Positions 1-8,357 of a stretch of DNA of 36,941 bases are shown piece after piece. A program made the translations under genes and the position numbers. Positions within the stretch are counted from its first letter, which is position 1. Each line of letters starts with the position of its first letter. The notes beneath the pieces were generated by a model. It was not told the DNA's origin, ran no database searches, and was given only the letters and a program-made list of their open reading frames with translations. This DNA is from Anaerolineae bacterium (GTDB lineage: Bacteria; Chloroflexota; Anaerolineae; DRVO01): the NCBI GenBank assembly GCA_012719195.1, contig JAAYAV010000296.1:1-36941 (forward strand). The letters are read 5' to 3'.

Positions 1-1238
1 CGCACCCTATGTCTCGCCTGCTTCAGGGCGACGTGGGCTCCGGCAAAACGGTTGTGGCGCTGGCGGCCATGCTTATGGCCGCGGAAGCAGGCAAGCAGGC
101 GGCTCTGATGGCGCCGACCGAGCTCCTCGCCGAGCAGCACCACCGGAGCATCTCCCGTCTGCTGCGACAGGCGGAGGGGGCTCCCTTCCGGGCCGGTCGC
201 TTGGCTCTCCTCTTGGGGCGCTTGCCCGCCGGCGAGAAAGCGGCGGCCCAGGAGGCCATCGCTGGCGGACAGGCCAGCCTTGTCATCGGCACCCACGCCC
301 TCATTCAGGAAGCGGTCAGCTTCAACGATCTTGGGCTGGTGGTGGTGGACGAGCAGCACCGCTTCGGCGTGCAGCAGCGGGCCGAACTGGTGGCCAAGGG
401 CCGTCACCCTCACCTATTCGCCATGAGCGCCACCCCCATCCCGCGCACCCTCGCCCTCACCCGCTACGGCGACATGGACGTGACCGTCCTGGACGAGCTA
501 CCCCCGGGACGCCAAGTCATCCGTACCGTCTGGCGCCGCGACGACAGCCGGGAGCCGGTCTACGACTATCTTCGCGCTCAAGCAAGAGAAGGTCGGCAGG
601 CCTTCATCGTCTGCCCAGTCATCGAAGGCTCGGAATCCGAGGACTCCCGGGCGGCCGTCGACGAGTACAACCGGCTGCGGACGAAGGTCTTCCCCGATCT
701 CCGCCTCGGACTGCTGCATGGCCAGCTCCCTTCCGAAGAGAAGGACGAGGTGATGCAGCGCTTCGCACGCGGGGAGATCGACATCCTGGTGTCCACCTCG
801 GTGGTGGAGGTGGGCATAGACGTACCCAACGCCACCGTCATGCTCATCGAGCAGGCGCACCGCTTTGGCCTGGCGCAACTGCACCAGTTCCGTGGCCGCG
901 TGGGACGCGGGGAGCACCGCTCCTTCTGCATACTAATGTCCAGCGAGGCCAGTGAGATCGGTGCCCGTCGTCTCAAGGCCATCGAGCAGGAGACGGATGG
1001 ATTCCGGCTGGCGGAGATAGACCTCGAGCTGCGGGGGCCGGGCGAGTTCCTGGGCACGAGACAAAGCGGATTGCCCACTCTCACCATCGCGCGGCTGAGC
1101 GATCTTCACACCGCCGACCTTGCCCGGAGAGCCGCCGAGTTGATCCTCGAGCGTGACCCGGAGCTGACTGCGCCACCGACACAGGCCCTTGCCGCCGAGT
1201 TGCACCGGTTCTGGGACCGGCCAACCCTCACAGCCTAA
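1..1238 (+). CDS. recG: ATP-dependent DNA helicase RecG, C-terminal ~410 aa (5' end lies upstream of the window)
   Basis: Frame is open to the window edge. Walker A RLLQGDVGSGKT, motif II VVDEQHRFG and helicase C-terminal motif QLHQFRGRVGRG are present. TAA stop at 1236-1238. Confidence 0.93.
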   Translation, partial: HPMSRLLQGDVGSGKTVVALAAMLMAAEAGKQAALMAPTELLAEQHHRSISRLLRQAEGAPFRAGRLALLLGRLPAGEKAAAQEAIAGGQASLVIGTHALIQEAVSFNDLGLVVVDEQHRFGVQQRAELVAKGRHPHLFAMSATPIPRTLALTRYGDMDVTVLDELPPGRQVIRTVWRRDDSREPVYDYLRAQAREGRQAFIVCPVIEGSESEDSRAAVDEYNRLRTKVFPDLRLGLLHGQLPSEEKDEVMQRFARGEIDILVSTSVVEVGIDVPNATVMLIEQAHRFGLAQLHQFRGRVGRGEHRSFCILMSSEASEIGARRLKAIEQETDGFRLAEIDLELRGPGEFLGTRQSGLPTLTIARLSDLHTADLARRAAELILERDPELTAPPTQALAAELHRFWDRPTLTA

Positions 1239-1251
1239 ACGGAGCATACGC

Positions 1252-1764
1252 TTGGCGATAGCCATCTATCCCGGTACGTTCGATCCCATACACCACGGTC
1301 ACCTCGACATCGCGCGGAGAGCGGCGTGTCTCTTCGACAAACTGGTGATCGGCGTGTACGATACGCCGAACAAGGCCGTGCTGTTCACCACGGAGGAGAG
1401 AGTTCGCTTTTTCCGTGCGGCTGTAGGTGACAGCGCCAGTACCATGGTGGTACCCTACTCGGGCCTGACGGTGGAATTCGCCCGAGCCCAGGGCGCCAGC
1501 GTCATTGTCAGGGGGCTAAGAGTCACGTACGACTTCGAGTACGAGTACCAGATGGCCCTAACCAACCGGAAGCTTGCGCCGGCGATAGACACGGTCTGCC
1601 TGATGACCAGCTTGGAGCACGCCTTCCTCAGCTCGACCATCGTCAAGGACGTGGCTCGAGCTGGGGGGAACATCCAGTGCATGGTTCCCGAACCGGTCGC
1701 GGCCGCTCTGAGCGAGCGATTCGCTTCGGCTCCGAAGACACCCCTCAATGGCCCGGAGGGCTGA
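1252..1764 (+). CDS. coaD: Phosphopantetheine adenylyltransferase
   Basis: AIYPGTFDPIHHGHLDIARRA (HxGH nucleotidyltransferase motif), FEYEYQMALTNR and SSTIVK motifs. In-frame TTG at 1252 has GGAG 7 nt upstream. The track start at 1189 overlaps recG and adds a non-conserved leader. Confidence 0.9.
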   Translation: MAIAIYPGTFDPIHHGHLDIARRAACLFDKLVIGVYDTPNKAVLFTTEERVRFFRAAVGDSASTMVVPYSGLTVEFARAQGASVIVRGLRVTYDFEYEYQMALTNRKLAPAIDTVCLMTSLEHAFLSSTIVKDVARAGGNIQCMVPEPVAAALSERFASAPKTPLNGPEG

Positions 1765-1768
1765 GCAG

Positions 1769-2233
1769 ATGGATATTATCCAACTGGTTGACCGCCTGGA
1801 GTCTCTCCTGAACCGTAGCCGACGGCTACCGCTAACGTCGGGCGTAGTCGTCAATGAGGAGGAATTCCTCGAGATCATAGACCAGTTGCGTGTCGCCGTC
1901 CCCGAAGAGATCAAGGCCGCCCGACGGATGCAGCAGGATCGCAGCCGCGTCCTTTCCGAAGCACAGGAAGAGGCGCAAGGTCTGCTGGAGGAAGCCCGCA
2001 AGCAAGTGGCGGTCTTGGTCGATCAGGACGCCGTCGTGCGTAACGCGCGCGCCCACGCTGAGCGAATCATTCAGCAGGCCGAGCAGCAGGCCCAGGATAT
2101 GCAGCACGGGGCCGACGAGTACGCCGTCCAGGTACTTCGGAACCTGGACCAGCACCTCTCCAACGTTCATGCCGAGGTCCGCAACGGCCTAGTCAGCATC
2201 GGCGGTAGCCCGACCGACTCGGATCAGGTGTAG
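1769..2233 (+). CDS. Conserved coiled-coil protein of unknown function. From memory, homologues in Firmicutes/Chloroflexota are loosely annotated ATPase or V-ATPase subunit H-like.
   Basis: ATG at 1769 lies just after the coaD stop (1762-1764). N-terminal LVDRLESLL..RRLPLTSGVVVNEEEFLEIIDQLRVAVPEEIK is followed by a Q/E/A-rich helical region. It sits between coaD and DUF177 as in Firmicutes-type synteny. A GTG at 1748 is an alternative start. Confidence 0.7.
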   Translation: MDIIQLVDRLESLLNRSRRLPLTSGVVVNEEEFLEIIDQLRVAVPEEIKAARRMQQDRSRVLSEAQEEAQGLLEEARKQVAVLVDQDAVVRNARAHAERIIQQAEQQAQDMQHGADEYAVQVLRNLDQHLSNVHAEVRNGLVSIGGSPTDSDQV

Positions 2234-2256
2234 GCGCAGCCCAGCCCTTCGTCACC

Positions 2257-2309
2257 AGTGCCGCCGGCCGTGCCGGCGGCACTGTTCCGCCAGGCCGCGT
2301 TTTGCGGCC
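2257..2309 (+). terminator. Two tandem GC-rich hairpins after the coiled-coil gene (likely an intrinsic terminator or attenuator)
   Basis: Perfect 12-bp stem AGTGCCGCCGGC/GCCGGCGGCACT with loop CGT (2257-2283). A second 6-bp stem GGCCGC/GCGGCC has loop GTTTT (2293-2309). No strong U-tract. Confidence 0.5.
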
Positions 2310-2331
2310 GCGCGCGCGCGAATGCTATCAT
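2302..2331 (+). promoter_or_regulatory. Sigma-70-like promoter candidate for DUF177-rpmF
   Basis: TTGCGG (2302-2307), 18-nt spacer, TATCAT (2326-2331), about 19 nt upstream of the ATG at 2350. Confidence 0.35.
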
Positions 2332-2349
2332 GCCTGGTTGGAGGGCGTG

Positions 2350-2889
2350 ATGCAGTACAATGTCGCTGAGCTCCTCAAGGGTCCGGCCGGCGCAACCAGG
2401 CAGTTCGAGATCGCCGAGGAACCGGAGTTTGCCCTGGAGGCCGCGCGCATGTTGGGCCCTCTCAGCGGCTCGGTCCGTATCATGCGCACTCAGGACGGCG
2501 TCCTCGCCGAGGTTCAGGTCAGTGTGTCCATAGAAGCCCAGTGCTCGCGTTGCCTGCGCAGCGTGCCCACCGACCTCGAGGTCCGGTTCGCGGACGAGTA
2601 TCGCCCCACCATCGACATCCGCACTGGTTTCCGCATCTGGCCGCTGCCCGGTGAGGAACCGGATGAGGAATTGGTGATCGGTGACGACCACGTCCTCAGG
2701 CTGGACGAGGCCGTGCGCCAGGAGCTGGAGGCGGCGGTGCCGGTACAGATGCTCTGCCGCGAGGCCTGCGCCGGGCTCTGCCCGCGCTGCGGCCAAGACC
2801 TCAACGAAGGCTCGTGCCAGTGCGAACCGGAGCAGGATGCCCGTTGGCAAGCCCTGCGGGATGCTCTGGGCCAAGCCGCGACTGATTAG
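2350..2889 (+). CDS. DUF177 / YceD (YlbN) family protein, 23S rRNA accumulation protein-like
   Basis: C-terminal Cys cluster [23 protein letters not shown]. Classic position immediately upstream of rpmF. ATG at 2350 preceded by GGAGGG. The track start at 2302 (TTG) is probably too early. Confidence 0.85.
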   Translation: MQYNVAELLKGPAGATRQFEIAEEPEFALEAARMLGPLSGSVRIMRTQDGVLAEVQVSVSIEAQCSRCLRSVPTDLEVRFADEYRPTIDIRTGFRIWPLPGEEPDEELVIGDDHVLRLDEAVRQELEAAVPVQMLCREACAGLCPRCGQDLNEGSCQCEPEQDARWQALRDALGQAATD

Positions 2890-2914
2890 GACCCAAGGTG
2901 TTATAGGAGAGAGC

Positions 2915-3100
2915 ATGGGAGCTGTACCGAAACGGAAGATCTCGAAGGGACGTAGGGACCGGCGTCGCGCGCACGATGGTCTGTCGCGGCTCCATCTCAT
3001 GCGTTGTCCACAATGCGGCAGGCCGCGCCTTCCGCACCACGTCTGCCCTTCCTGCGGCACTTATAGGGGTCGCGAAGTGGTAGACATGGGGGAGAGCTAG
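2915..3100 (+). CDS. rpmF: 50S ribosomal protein L32
   Basis: [20 protein letters not shown] plus Zn-ribbon CPQCG...CPSCG. ATG at 2915 with AGGAGAGAG upstream. It is embedded in a longer track ORF (2681..3100). Confidence 0.95.
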   Translation: MGAVPKRKISKGRRDRRRAHDGLSRLHLMRCPQCGRPRLPHHVCPSCGTYRGREVVDMGES

Positions 3101-3133
3101 TTCGCGGCCGAGAACATCGGACCGAGACTAACC

Positions 3134-3165
3134 GGCCGTGCGCCCGTCGCACGGCCTTCGCTTTC
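3134..3165 (+). terminator. Intrinsic terminator-like hairpin after rpmF
   Basis: 9-bp stem GGCCGTGCG/CGCACGGCC with loop CCCGT (3134-3156), followed by TTCGCTTTCC. Confidence 0.55.
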
Positions 3166-3202
3166 CCCCCTTCGGGCATCGCTCCCCACCGCAGGAGGTA
3201 AG

Positions 3203-4159
3203 ATGATCACCACCCCGTTGTGCGACCTGTTGGACATCAAGTACCCAATCGTGCAGGGAGGTATGGCCTGGATCGCCACCGCCGAACTGGCGGCGGCCGT
3301 CTCCAATGCCGGCGGCCTCGGCGTGATCGGTGGCGGAGACTGCCCCCCGGACTACGTCCGCAGCCAGGTCCGGCTCGCCAAGCAACTCACCGACAAGCGC
3401 TTCGGCGTCAACATCCCTCTGTTCTCGCCTCACGTGCCGGCGGTTCTGGATGTCTGCATCGAGGAAGGGGTGAAGGTCATCATGACCGGTGCCGGCAACC
3501 CCGGCCCATATGTCAGCCGTCTGAAGAGCGAAGGAATCGTGGTCATACCGGTGATCGCCTCGGTGGCGCTGGCCAAGCGCCTGGAGCGCTCCGGTGTCGA
3601 TGCGCTGGTGGCCGAGGGGACCGAGTCCGGCGGTCATGTCGGCGATGTAGGCACCATGCCCCTCGTGCCCCAGGTTGTGGACGCGGTCAAGGTACCGGTC
3701 ATTGCCGCCGGTGGGATCGCTGATGGACGGGGGCTAGTGGCTTCCCTGGCGCTGGGCGCCCAGGGGATTCAGATGGGCACCCGCTTCGTCTGCACCACCG
3801 AATGCACCGCCCACGACAACTACAAGCAGCGCATCGTCCGCGCTGGAGACCGGTCCACCATGACCACCGGTCATTCCCTGGGGCACCCTGTCCGTGCCAT
3901 CAAGAACCAGATGACGCACGAGTTCGCCGAGCTGGAACGCAGCGGCTGCACTGAAGAAGAGGCGATCAGCTTCGGTACCGGTCGCCTGCGCCGGGCGGCA
4001 ATCGATGGTGACATTGACACCGGCTCTGTCATGAGCGGGCAGTCCTGCGGCCTCATCGGCGACGTGGTCTCCTGCAGCGAGGCCGTGCAGCGCATCATGG
4101 CCGAGGCCGAGGAATGCCTGGGCGGACTCTGCCGCCTCCTTTCCGGCCGGGCCGAGTGA
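3203..4159 (+). CDS. fabK: Enoyl-[acyl-carrier-protein] reductase II (FMN-dependent, nitronate monooxygenase fold)
   Basis: End-to-end resemblance to streptococcal FabK: YPIVQGGMAWIA, AGGLGVIGGG, VIPVIASVALAKRLE, ESGGHVG, PVIAAGGIADGRG, GAQGIQMGTRF, GHPVRAIKNQ. AGGAGG lies 5 nt upstream. It is immediately followed by fabD and fabG. Confidence 0.88.
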   Translation: MITTPLCDLLDIKYPIVQGGMAWIATAELAAAVSNAGGLGVIGGGDCPPDYVRSQVRLAKQLTDKRFGVNIPLFSPHVPAVLDVCIEEGVKVIMTGAGNPGPYVSRLKSEGIVVIPVIASVALAKRLERSGVDALVAEGTESGGHVGDVGTMPLVPQVVDAVKVPVIAAGGIADGRGLVASLALGAQGIQMGTRFVCTTECTAHDNYKQRIVRAGDRSTMTTGHSLGHPVRAIKNQMTHEFAELERSGCTEEEAISFGTGRLRRAAIDGDIDTGSVMSGQSCGLIGDVVSCSEAVQRIMAEAEECLGGLCRLLSGRAE

Positions 4160-5112
4160 TGCCCACCAGTGGCGTAGGCCTGATCTTCCCCGGTCAGGGC
4201 ACCCAGTTCGTCGGGATGGGCGCCGACTTGCATCGCCGCTACCCAGAGGCGCGTGACGTCTTTGCCGAGGCGGATGAAGCCCTCGGCTACTCTCTCTCGA
4301 CGCTGTGCTTCGATGGCCCCGATGAGGAGCTGCAGCAGGGCAAGCACACGCAGCCCGCAATCGTCGCCGTCAGCACGGCCATCTGGCGCGTTCTGGCAGC
4401 GCGCCTGGACGTGAGTCCCATCGCAGCCGCCGGCCACAGCCTGGGCGAGTACAGCGCTCTGGTGGCAGCTGAGGCGCTCTCACTGGCCGACGCCCTCCCC
4501 CTCGTGGCGGCCCGGGCTCGCTGCATGGAGGCGGCCGCCGGAGAAGCGGCAGGCATGCTCGCGCTTCTCGGCCTGGATCGCGACGCCGCCGACGCCCTCT
4601 GCCGAGAGGCGGCCACTGCCACCGGCGGGTACGCCGCCATCGCGAACCACAACTGTCCCGGTCAGCTGGTGGTAGCTGGGCACGCTAGAGCGCTAGATCG
4701 GGTGCAGGAGCTGGCGCGAGACCGAGGCGCCCGCCGAGCGGTGCGGCTGGTCGTCACGGTGGCGTCACACACCCCCCTGCTGCAGCCGGCCTGCGACGCC
4801 TTCGCCCCCCGTGTGGCAGCCGTCCCCATCTCGAACCCTAGGTTCCCCGTGATCGGCAACGCCCGTATCCGTCCGCTCGTCACCGCTGCCGACGTCCGGG
4901 CCGAGTTGCCCGCGCAGCTCGTACAGCCGGTGGACTGGCCCGCCACCGTGTCCGCACTGGCAGAGTCCGGTGCGGCCCGCCTGTGGGAACTAGGGCCGAA
5001 GTCAGTACTGGCCGGGCTGAACAAGCGAATCGATGGAGCACCGCCTGTGGTGGCCCTCACCACCGCCAAAGAGGTCGACGTTCTCCTTAGCCAAGTGGAG
5101 GTCCGTGCATGA
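4159..5112 (+). CDS. fabD: Malonyl-CoA:ACP transacylase
   Basis: LIFPGQGTQFVGMG, active-site GHSLGEYSAL, NHNCPGQLVVAG, VASHTPLL. The ATG at 4159 overlaps the fabK TGA by 1 nt. The track start at 4114 is inside fabK. Confidence 0.93.
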   Translation: MPTSGVGLIFPGQGTQFVGMGADLHRRYPEARDVFAEADEALGYSLSTLCFDGPDEELQQGKHTQPAIVAVSTAIWRVLAARLDVSPIAAAGHSLGEYSALVAAEALSLADALPLVAARARCMEAAAGEAAGMLALLGLDRDAADALCREAATATGGYAAIANHNCPGQLVVAGHARALDRVQELARDRGARRAVRLVVTVASHTPLLQPACDAFAPRVAAVPISNPRFPVIGNARIRPLVTAADVRAELPAQLVQPVDWPATVSALAESGAARLWELGPKSVLAGLNKRIDGAPPVVALTTAKEVDVLLSQVEVRA

Positions 5113-5864
5113 GCCAGTCCGACTTCGAGGGAAAGGTAGCCCTGATCACCGGCGGGTCTCGCGGCATCGGACGCCAGACGGCCCTGGACCTGGCCGCTCG
5201 CGGCGCCGACGTGGTCGTGAACTACCGCGGGAACGAGGCGGCCGCGCAGGAGGTGGTGGCCGCGGTCGAGGCGGCGGGACGGCGGTCCCTAGCACTGCAG
5301 GCCGACGTCTCGGACTTCTCCGCCGCCACCGATATGGTCAACACCGCCGTTTCGGCCATGGGACGGCTGGACATCCTGGTCAACAACGCCGGAGTCACAC
5401 GGGACACTCTACTGCTCCGCCTCAGCGAGACCGACTGGGACCTGGTACTGGACACGGTCCTGAAGGGGACCTGTGCCTGCAGTAAGGCCGCCCTCCGCCC
5501 CATGATGCGGCAGCGGTACGGTCGCATCATCAACATCGGCTCCGTGGCCGGCCTGGGCGGCAACCCGGGCCAGACCAACTACAGTGCCGCCAAGGCCGGG
5601 CTGGTCGGCTTCACCAAGTCCCTTGCCAAGGAAGTGGGGTCCCGCAGCATCACCGTCAACATGGTTGCGCCCGGCTTCGTCGAGACGGAGATGACGGCGA
5701 ACCTACCGCCGGAACTCGTGGCCGAGGCCCTCCGCGGCACTCCGCTCGGGCGCCTCGGGCAGCCGGCAGACATCTCGGCGGCCATCGTCTTCCTTGCCTC
5801 CGAGCCAGCCGGATTCATCACCGGCCAGGTCCTGAGTGTTGACGGTGGTCTGCTGATGCATTAG
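5109..5864 (+). CDS. fabG: 3-oxoacyl-[ACP] reductase (SDR)
   Basis: ALITGGSRGIG, LVNNAG, catalytic YSAAKAG, PGFVETEMT, GQVLSVDGGLLM. ATGA overlap with the fabD stop. Confidence 0.93.
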   Translation: MSQSDFEGKVALITGGSRGIGRQTALDLAARGADVVVNYRGNEAAAQEVVAAVEAAGRRSLALQADVSDFSAATDMVNTAVSAMGRLDILVNNAGVTRDTLLLRLSETDWDLVLDTVLKGTCACSKAALRPMMRQRYGRIINIGSVAGLGGNPGQTNYSAAKAGLVGFTKSLAKEVGSRSITVNMVAPGFVETEMTANLPPELVAEALRGTPLGRLGQPADISAAIVFLASEPAGFITGQVLSVDGGLLMH

Positions 5865-5887
5865 CATCTCGGCAATGGAGGGAGCCG

Positions 5888-6232
5888 TTGCCGACCCAGA
5901 CCGACCGAATCGTAGTCCATCCTCGGGTGGTTGCCACCATAGCCGCCCTGACCGCCCTCTCCGTGCCGGGCGTCGCCCGCATGGACGAGAGCGGGCTTGA
6001 GCGTGTCCTTCGATGCGTTCGCGGTCGCCGAGCGCCGGGCGTCGAGCTGCACCTGGATGGCAACAGCGTCGCCATCGACCTGCGCCTAGTCGTCAGCGCC
6101 GGCTTCAGCCTGCTTGAGGTCAGCCGTCGCGTCCAGGCGGCCGTGTCGCGCGCCATTACCGAGATGACCGACATGCAGGTGCGCCAGGTCAACGTCCAGA
6201 TCGAGGGGGTTCGAGGCGCGACCTACGCCTGA
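5888..6232 (+). CDS. Asp23/Gls24 family envelope stress (alkaline shock) protein
   Basis: Size (114 aa) and [15 protein letters not shown] ... VAIDLRLVV ... motifs fit the family. TTG start with GGAGGGA upstream. Asp23-nusB adjacency matches Bacillus yqhY-nusB. Confidence 0.75.
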   Translation: MPTQTDRIVVHPRVVATIAALTALSVPGVARMDESGLERVLRCVRGRRAPGVELHLDGNSVAIDLRLVVSAGFSLLEVSRRVQAAVSRAITEMTDMQVRQVNVQIEGVRGATYA

Positions 6233-6237
6233 CCCAT

Positions 6238-6663
6238 ATGAAGCCACGAAGGATCGCCCGTAACCTGGCACTAGAAGTGCTGTACGAGTCGGAGGTCGCT
6301 CATCGCGAGCCTTTGGCGGTGTTTGTGCGCCGCCAGGAGGACGTGGTCTACGCGCCGGACGTGCTCGACTTCGCCCGTCAGCTCATCACCGGAGCCATCG
6401 AGAACAAGAAGGCGCTGGACGACGCCATCATCGAGAGCGCTCCCGGCTGGCCTTTGGAGCAGGTGGCCCCCATCGACAGCAGCATCCTGCGCCTGGCCGC
6501 CTTCGAGGTCCTCTTCGGAGACTCGCCCACCAAAGTAGCTATCAACGAAGCCGTGGAGCTCGCCAAGCGCTACGGCAGCGACAGCTCGCCCCGCTTCGTG
6601 AACGGAGTACTGGGCGCCATCGCGCGCCGTCGGCAGCCGGGAGCCAAGGTCAGGAGTGCCTAG
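6238..6663 (+). CDS. nusB: Transcription antitermination factor NusB
   Basis: [46 protein letters not shown]...[10 protein letters not shown]. Confidence 0.93.
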   Translation: MKPRRIARNLALEVLYESEVAHREPLAVFVRRQEDVVYAPDVLDFARQLITGAIENKKALDDAIIESAPGWPLEQVAPIDSSILRLAAFEVLFGDSPTKVAINEAVELAKRYGSDSSPRFVNGVLGAIARRRQPGAKVRSA

Positions 6664-6669
6664 AAGCGT

Positions 6670-7536
6670 ATGAACTTCTTCAACATCGGGCCCGGCGAGT
6701 TCTTCCTCGTCCTCGTGATGGCCCTGGTTATCTTCGGCCCTCAGCGCCTCCCCGAGGTGGCGCGCCGCGCCGGTAAGGCTGTGCGTGACCTGCGAGACAT
6801 GGTCAACAACCTCGACCCGGAACTCCTGCAGGACTGGCGCGAGATCACCGAGGACCTGGACTCTGTCCGCGAGGAAGTCCGGAGTATGCGGTCCGACATG
6901 CTCGATATCCAGAAGGACCTAACGGCCGCGGCCAAAGACGTCGGCGACTCCGTGGACGACGCCGTCAAGGACGCCACCAAGACTGTCAACGAGGTGATCA
7001 AGGACAAGCCGGGGGCCGCCAAAACGCCGCCGAAGTCGCCGGCGCCCGCTGCCGGCCCGGCCAGTGCTGCCAAGCCGGCTACAGCCACGTCGACCACCGC
7101 CACCGCCGCGGCTCAGCCGGCCACCAGCTACGCGTCCGCGCAGACGAAGGGCCTGGCCAGTGCCGGCGCCCCACCCGCCAGCAGTTCGGCCAAGCCGGTC
7201 ACCGGTTCGCCTACGTTTAGGAAGTCCGGCGTGGCGGACAGCAAGGACGAGGTTCTGGGCGTCCCGCTCACGCGCAACCAGGATGGCGATTGGGAAGTCC
7301 TGAGCGAGGTGGTGGGGCAGAAGGTCTTCCCGGTCTGGAAGAAGGCCCCCAAGGCTGCGGCGGCCAACGGCCGGCAAACGGCCTCGTTGACCCAGGTACG
7401 CCCGCAGGCCCGCATGGCCCGACTGGCGGCCCCCAAGCCGCTGGAACGCCGGCCGGCGACGGCGCGCCCATCGCTGCCCAACCGATCCCCGCGCCCGTTG
7501 ACTGGGGCCCGCTCAGGAAGGACCGCACGTGGCTAA
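6670..7536 (+). CDS. Twin-arginine translocase TatA/TatB family protein (TatB-like) with an unusually long low-complexity C-terminal tail
   Basis: N-terminus MNFFNIGPGEFFLVLVMALVIFGPQRLPEVARRAGKAVRDLR (TM plus amphipathic helix). It is followed by an acidic helical region and an A/P/T/S-rich tail. In a 40-codon sample at 7381-7500, third-position GC counted by hand is about 87% in this frame versus about 70% in the one competing open frame I counted. Confidence 0.8.
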   Translation: MNFFNIGPGEFFLVLVMALVIFGPQRLPEVARRAGKAVRDLRDMVNNLDPELLQDWREITEDLDSVREEVRSMRSDMLDIQKDLTAAAKDVGDSVDDAVKDATKTVNEVIKDKPGAAKTPPKSPAPAAGPASAAKPATATSTTATAAAQPATSYASAQTKGLASAGAPPASSSAKPVTGSPTFRKSGVADSKDEVLGVPLTRNQDGDWEVLSEVVGQKVFPVWKKAPKAAAANGRQTASLTQVRPQARMARLAAPKPLERRPATARPSLPNRSPRPLTGARSGRTARG

Positions 7537-8332
7537 GATCCGCACTATCGTCGACCTGGTGAAGCGAACGGCTAAGGACGAAGACGAGGAGACCACCGCC
7601 CCGGCCCTGCCCGAAGACGACTGCCCGCCGGACATCGTCGAGGCCGAGATGACCCTCATGGATCATCTCATCGAGCTACGCGACCGCATCATGAAGGCGG
7701 CGCTGGGGCTTGCCGTCGGCACGGTGGTGGGCTTCATCTTCGCTCGACAGGCATTTGACTTGCTGATCAACCCTCTGCCCGAAGAGGCACAGGTTATTGC
7801 CCTGTCTCCCACCGATTCCATCTTCATGTACTTCAAGGTGGCCCTCATCCTCGGGCTCATTATCTCGATGCCCGTCATCCTCTACCAGGTCATCATGTTC
7901 ATCATCCCCGGCCTCTACCCCCATGAGCGCCGCTACCTCTACTGGCTGCTGCCCGCCGGAACGATCGCCTTCGCCGCCGGAACGCTCTTCTCGGCGTTCA
8001 TCGTCATCCCGTTCTCCATTCGCTACCTAAGCGGCTTCATGGCCGATATCATCTCGCCGACGTACCAGGTGCAGAACTACATCGGCTTCGTCACCACCCT
8101 CATGTTCTGGATCGGCATTGTCTTTGAGATGCCCCTGATCATCTACTTCCTCAGCAAGCTGGGAGTGGTGGACTACAAGAAACTCGCCTCGGCCCGGCGT
8201 TACGCCATCGTCGGCATTGCCGTACTGGCCGCAGTCATCACACCCACCCCCGACCCGGTCACGATGTTGCTGGTGATGGGGCCGCTGGTCCTGCTCTACG
8301 AGCTAGGCGTTCAGCTGGCTCGCATAGCTTAG
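7529..8332 (+). CDS. tatC: Twin-arginine translocase subunit TatC
   Basis: MTLMDHLIELRDRI and six predicted TM segments with the typical TatC pattern. GTG at 7529 overlaps the tatB-like end by 8 nt. ATG at 7649 is an alternative start. Confidence 0.9.
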   Translation: MAKIRTIVDLVKRTAKDEDEETTAPALPEDDCPPDIVEAEMTLMDHLIELRDRIMKAALGLAVGTVVGFIFARQAFDLLINPLPEEAQVIALSPTDSIFMYFKVALILGLIISMPVILYQVIMFIIPGLYPHERRYLYWLLPAGTIAFAAGTLFSAFIVIPFSIRYLSGFMADIISPTYQVQNYIGFVTTLMFWIGIVFEMPLIIYFLSKLGVVDYKKLASARRYAIVGIAVLAAVITPTPDPVTMLLVMGPLVLLYELGVQLARIA

Positions 8333-8357
8333 TCATCATCTCCACCTAGGAGTCCAC

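Noticed and set aside
2224-3060. 278-aa minus-strand ORF spanning DUF177 and rpmF
   Set aside because: It is antisense to two well-supported conserved genes and has no motifs. This is a high-GC artefact.
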